A DNA stretch of 35,667 nucleotides from Asterionella formosa (lineage: Eukaryota): positions 1 through 35,667 of the forward strand of contig NKIB01000051.1 in assembly GCA_002256025.1 (NCBI GenBank), given 5' to 3'. The position numbers were made by a program, and so were the translations under genes. Below the pieces are notes generated by a model. It did not search any database. It saw nothing but the letters and a program-made list of their open reading frames with translations, and was not told where the DNA came from. Below are positions 34,453 through 35,667 of the stretch, in pieces (the stretch's first letter is position 1; every line of letters begins with the position of its first letter).

Positions 34453-35352
34453 GTACCAGTAAAAAACTGCATTGACCCACTGACGGTATTAAAAACACGT
34501 TTTGTGATGAAAAAACATTCATTTTCTATTTCTTAAGCTCTAGAATGGATCTTGAGCATATGGCAGTCATACTCTTATTTCTCAACCGATTGGACGTCGA
34601 TCTTTCATTAATTTAGGTCAAAAGTGGTGATCGGAAAAAAAGTGAAAAGCACGGATTATCCCAAGTTTGGAGTTCTCATCTTATATAATGTACAACGATG
34701 AATATAAATTTCTCGCATTTTACGTCTTATCCATAACCTTGTCAATAATAATTCTGTAAATAAAAATTGATGGAACCCGGCTTGACTGTGTAATACCGTC
34801 TTATCCATAACCTTGTCAATAATAATTCTGTAAATAAAAATTGATGGAACCCGGCTTGACTGTGTAATACCGGTTTCTATTTAGGTAGACCATTATAAGT
34901 GGTACGGAGCACCTGTTACCTACCGGCATATCTACCTATGAGTGCGAATAAAACTGAAACATCTATACCGGTAGTACCGGTACCCTGGTACCAGGAATCG
35001 TACACGTGCGATTCAGGTATAATATATGGAGCATCATGCATTTTATGTCTTTTCGCTTTGAACCAAACAGGATAATCCGCCAGTGTTCACCAACGAATAT
35101 AAAATTACTTACAGGTATAGAAAAAATTTCATATACTGAATTGACCCACTGAGACTGAATTTTACGTCTAGATGAATATAAATATCTTCTGAACCAGATG
35201 TTTAATTTTACTAGGTATAGAGTGCTAATGTACCGACGCCTTATGCCTTCAATATTTCCGAACAGATTTCAGAGAGAGATGAGCTAAGTGTTAGTCGAAT
35301 TAATCAAACGAATGGGAGAAAACAGTGGGTCAATGCAGTTTTTTACTGGTAC
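34453..35352. mobile_element. MITE-like non-autonomous DNA transposon (~900 bp)
   Basis: Perfect 30-bp inverted repeat gtaccagtaaaaaactgcattgacccactg (34453-34482) with its reverse complement at 35323-35352. The interior is AT-rich and non-coding. Confidence 0.75.
34723..34870. repeat. Perfect 74-bp tandem duplication
   Basis: cgtcttatccataacc...gactgtgtaatac at 34723-34796 and 34797-34870. Confidence 0.95.
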
Positions 35353-35667
35353 TATGACCGGTACAATACATAGGAACCAGGTGCAAAGAAGTGGTAAGGT
35401 CCCCGGGTACTCAACTAGCGGAAATTGAGAAATTTAGCTTTGTTTCCCTCATAGTAAAAGCCATATTTTACCTTAACTCCAAGAGTACCTACATACACAG
35501 CAAGTACGGTATCAGGTACATGAACACCGTATTTGAGATCTACTATTGGATGCATCAAGGACTGGTGCTCCAGGTACTAGGTAGATACTTAGCTACTACA
35601 AACAAAGGTAGGTGAAAGTACCGGAATGATACTGCAGTATTGGATACTGAGGACTGTTCTTATCATT

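Overview
Eukaryotic, most likely diatom, nuclear DNA: it has short GT-AG introns, an ASAFAP bipartite plastid-targeting presequence and diatom-style Ty1/Copia elements. Eight host genes are present: an APD1-4-like membrane protein, a putative thylakoid-lumen protein, KRI1, a sulfotransferase-like/class IV aminotransferase fusion, UFD1, a bacterial-like SRPBCC protein, a PAP/fibrillin protein and a 3-exon plastid-targeted protein. They are interleaved with nested, mostly decayed transposons. The most notable elements are: (i) a full-length 8.7 kb Copia element with non-canonical AGTTG...CAACT LTR termini, a 5-bp TSD and a half-tRNA-iMet primer site; (ii) a 173-bp tRNA-Ala-derived SINE-like insertion with an 18-bp TSD; (iii) a complete PIF/Harbinger element with a CTG TSD in a palindromic target; (iv) a ~1.5 kb unknown sequence found inside two different Copia elements, next to an unclassified CATCTAAG-ended transposon terminus; (v) a ~900-bp MITE-like element with perfect 30-bp TIRs; (vi) clusters of TACC(W)GGTA motifs upstream of host genes. 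All alignments were done by eye and no database search was possible.
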